From assembly GCA_035531735.1 (NCBI GenBank), contig DATKSH010000271.1, positions 1 through 28,817 of the forward strand: a stretch of DNA of 28,817 bases, given 5' to 3'. Under the pieces are notes generated by a model. That model saw only the letters and a program-made list of their open reading frames with translations, was not told the DNA's origin and ran no database searches. This stretch comes from Alphaproteobacteria bacterium. Its GTDB lineage: Bacteria; Pseudomonadota; Alphaproteobacteria; UBA9219. Positions within the stretch are counted from its first letter, which is position 1; each line of letters opens with the position of its first letter. The position numbers and the translations under genes are program-made. Of the stretch, positions 26,451-28,817 are shown piece by piece.

Positions 26451-26586
26451 GGAAATTCAAGGGGCAAATGAAGGTTTTTGCACTGCGGGGAGAAAGAAGC
26501 CGGCCCCCGGCATCCCATGCAAGGGCCATTTCTGGAGCGGATTTATATTATTGCCGCACGGAATCACGGCTTCGATGCGCAAAAAC

Positions 26587-26616
26587 TTGACAAAACAAGC
26601 GCCGCTCCCCTAGTTT
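26587..26616 (+). promoter_or_regulatory. Sigma70-type promoter for rpmJ
   Basis: TTGACA (26587-26592), 18-nt spacer, TAGTTT (26611-26616); GGAG RBS before ATG 26640. Confidence 0.7.
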
Positions 26617-26639
26617 GCGCGCCTTGAATGGAGACGCTT

Positions 26640-26765
26640 ATGAAAGTCGCTAATTCGCTAAAAGCCCTCAAGAAACGCGATGCCGATTGCCGCGTCGTGC
26701 GCCGCAAGGGCCGCGTCTATGTGATCAACAAGAAAAACCCGCGCTACAAGGCGCGGCAGGGCTAA
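26640..26765 (+). CDS. rpmJ: 50S ribosomal protein L36 (41 aa, zinc-free type); absent from the ORF track
   Basis: Manual translation: [41 protein letters not shown]. Confidence 0.97.
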   Translation: MKVANSLKALKKRDADCRVVRRKGRVYVINKKNPRYKARQG

Positions 26766-26766
26766 T

Positions 26767-28575
26767 TTAAGGCCCAAGCCACGCGGCCAGAGCTTCCCCC
26801 GTCCGCTTGATGACGCCGGCCCAATCGCCGATCCGGCGCTGGCGAAACAGCCACATGGTCGGATACCAGGGACTGTCGCCGCGCTCGGTCAGCCAGCGCC
26901 AATCGGGCGCGAATGGCAACAGCGTCCATACCCGTTTGCCCATGCCGCCGGCGAGATGCGCCATTGCCGTATCGCAGGTGATGATGAGATCGCATTGCTG
27001 CACGAAGCACGCGCTGTCGGCAAAATTGCGCAGGCGCGGCGCCAGGTCGATCACCTGATGCTGCGCCAGAATACTCGCATCGCCGCGGCGCGCGTCATGA
27101 TTGAAGCTATAGAATCGCATCCGGTTGCGCATGGCCTTGCCGGCGAACAGGCCGGCAAAGACCGCGAGCGGAATCGAGCGGCGCGCGTCGTTGCCATGCA
27201 CGCGGCTGCCGCTCCAGACGATGCCGACCTTCTTTTTCGCATCGTCCGGTAAGCACATGTCGGGCGGCGGCACGGGAAGCGGCAAATAGGGCACGTTTGC
27301 CGGCACGGTGGAAAGCGTGGTGCCGAGGCGATGCGGCACATCGAAAATCGACGCGTAATAATCATAGACCGGCACCGGCTGGCCATGCGTGATCAAAATA
27401 TCGGCGCCGTCCCAGCCTTTGAACAAAGACTCCAGCACCGGATGCACCGAAAAGATGATTTTCGCGCCCTGCTTTTTCAGGATCGGCAGATAGCGGGCCA
27501 GCATCAGGGTGTCGCCGAAACCCTGCTCGTCGGTGACCAGCAAAGTCTTGCCCTCCAACCGTTGGCCGCGCCACAGGGGCCGCGAAAAATCGGGCCGCTT
27601 GAGCTCGCCGACATCCTCGAAACGCGCGCGGTAACGGGCGAAACCTTCCTTGTATTTGCCGCGCAGCAATTCCATCAGCGCCAGATGCCAATGGCGGTTG
27701 CCATATTCCTTTTCGTCGATGTCGCGGCCGTCCGCGAGGCGCTGCTCCTCGTCGGTAATCGCCTGCCCGGCGACCTCGACGGTTTTGCGGAAGGTTGTCT
27801 CCGCTTCTTCGAGCCGGTTCAAGGATTGATAGGTCTGGCCGAGATTGTCCCAAATATCCGCACGGCCGGGCTTGATTTCGAGCGCGCATTTGTAGGCAGC
27901 GATCGCCTCTTCGTGGCGGTCGAGGCGGTTGAGCGCCACGCCATAACCGAACCAGCTGCGATGATCGTCGGGCAACAGGCGAATGGCGTAGCTGCCGGCT
28001 TCGACCGCCGTCGCATAATCCTTCAACTGCTCGGCGACGTTGCAGAGCGTCAGCCAGCCGGGCCCATAGCCGGGCGCCAGCGCGACCGCGCGCTTGACCA
28101 GCGGTAACGCCTCCTCGCATTTCTTCTCGCGCACGAGGGCAAGGGCGATGTTGTTGTAGGGCTCGGCCATCAGGGGATCGCAGCGCGTCGCCTCGCACCA
28201 CGCGGCCACCGCGCCATGCCAATCGTCCATATTGCGCAGGGCGTTGCCGAGATTGTAATGCGCGACCGCCAGTGCCGGTTGCAAACGGATCGCTTCGCGA
28301 AAAGCGGCGGCCGCATCATGCACGCGTCCCACCCCCATCAGCGCATTGCCGAGATGAAGCCGGAACAGCGGCGATGCGGGATCGAGCGCGATGGCCTTTT
28401 CGATCAGCGCGACGGCTTGCTCGTGGTCGCCGGTCGCATCGACCAGCGCGCCGAGCAAGGCAAGGGCGTCGGCGTCGTTGGGTTTTGCCGCCAGAACGCC
28501 GCGATAGGCCGCTTCCGCCGCGGCCTGCTGGCCGGACTGATGAAGGCCGATGGCCTTTTGCAGAAGCTCGCTCAT
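26767..28575 (-). CDS. TPR-repeat protein with C-terminal glycosyltransferase-like (GT-B, GT9-like) domain
   Basis: Multiple TPRs (AHYNLGNAL, YNNIALAL, IWDNLGQTY), then WRGQRLEGKTLLVTDEQGFGD, KVGIVWSG, DTAMAHLAGGMG, LLPFAPDWRWL...SPWYP. Confidence 0.85.
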   Translation of the reverse strand: MSELLQKAIGLHQSGQQAAAEAAYRGVLAAKPNDADALALLGALVDATGDHEQAVALIEKAIALDPASPLFRLHLGNALMGVGRVHDAAAAFREAIRLQPALAVAHYNLGNALRNMDDWHGAVAAWCEATRCDPLMAEPYNNIALALVREKKCEEALPLVKRAVALAPGYGPGWLTLCNVAEQLKDYATAVEAGSYAIRLLPDDHRSWFGYGVALNRLDRHEEAIAAYKCALEIKPGRADIWDNLGQTYQSLNRLEEAETTFRKTVEVAGQAITDEEQRLADGRDIDEKEYGNRHWHLALMELLRGKYKEGFARYRARFEDVGELKRPDFSRPLWRGQRLEGKTLLVTDEQGFGDTLMLARYLPILKKQGAKIIFSVHPVLESLFKGWDGADILITHGQPVPVYDYYASIFDVPHRLGTTLSTVPANVPYLPLPVPPPDMCLPDDAKKKVGIVWSGSRVHGNDARRSIPLAVFAGLFAGKAMRNRMRFYSFNHDARRGDASILAQHQVIDLAPRLRNFADSACFVQQCDLIITCDTAMAHLAGGMGKRVWTLLPFAPDWRWLTERGDSPWYPTMWLFRQRRIGDWAGVIKRTGEALAAWLGP

Positions 28576-28817
28576 TCGACCAGGTTTAATTGGCGCGGAT
28601 CGCCGGGCTCGCCGATCGCGGCAATGCGCAAAAGATTAGTGTTTCCGGGCTTGCCGAAGGGAACACCCGCCGTGATGACGACGCGCTGGCCGGCCGTCGC
28701 GATGCCGTCGGCCAGCGCGATCTGCACGGCCTTCTGCACCATTTCTTCGGGATTGGCGACGTCGGCGGTATGGACGGCATGAACGCCGAACGACAGCGTG
28801 AGGCGGCGCGCGGTTTC
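28572..28817 (-). CDS. pyk: Pyruvate kinase, C-terminal part (5'-truncated by window edge)
   Basis: Manual translation: ETARRLTLSFGVHAV...GQRVVITAGVPFGKPGNTNLLRIA... Its TGA overlaps the ATG of the TPR-GT gene. Confidence 0.9.
   Translation of the reverse strand, partial: ETARRLTLSFGVHAVHTADVANPEEMVQKAVQIALADGIATAGQRVVITAGVPFGKPGNTNLLRIAAIGEPGDPRQLNLVE

Noticed and set aside
26640-26765. Zinc-free L36 as a sign of zinc-starvation paralogy
   Set aside because: The Cys-poor form is the normal L36 in alphaproteobacteria, and no Zur box or L31 paralogue is adjacent.
763-28782. Many long antisense or alternate-frame ORFs in the track (e.g. 1975-2997, 3595-4665, 13105-15264, 16088-17239, 18960-20255)
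   Set aside because: They shadow well-supported genes, are Arg/Ala/Gly-rich with no motifs, and are expected from high-GC codon bias.
1-28817. tRNA/rRNA genes, CRISPR arrays, transposases, integrases, prophage or defence genes
   Set aside because: None recognisable. Intergenic gaps are short and the repeats found are neither regularly spaced nor separated by unique spacers. The GAATTC at base 1 is in-frame rmuC sequence and uninformative.

Overview
High-GC bacterial chromosomal window, very probably from an alphaproteobacterium: rmuC-def-fmt-truA order, F0-only atp operon with b and b', Cys-poor L36, and a CtrA-like box. Left to right it holds the 3' end of rmuC, def-fmt-truA, and a compact eight-gene type IV filament operon (lipoprotein MshL-like secretin, two prepilins, PilB/GspE ATPase with a degenerate MshEN domain, PilC/GspF, and three poorly recognisable alignment-complex genes). 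Next come a convergent membrane-anchored TPR gene, a complete kdpFABCDE locus, then on the minus strand exoD, the ATP synthase F0 operon (atpZ/I-B-E-F'-F), an SCO-family gene and phoH. The window ends with rpmJ, a TPR-glycosyltransferase-like gene and the 3' end of pyk. kdpF and rpmJ are missing from the ORF track or given with a wrong start, and several other starts were revised. The two most interesting signals are (1) the MSHA-like, non-Tad pilus/secretion operon with no retraction ATPase or prepilin peptidase in the window, and (2) a family of 7-bp-periodic, partly palindromic elements at three gene junctions. These elements encode the cleavable leader of a prepilin, the kdpD stop codon next to a kdpE promoter, and the atpZ C-terminus plus the atpB ribosome-binding site. 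No rRNA, tRNA, CRISPR array or transposase was seen. All calls are by-eye motif recognition; no database search was run.
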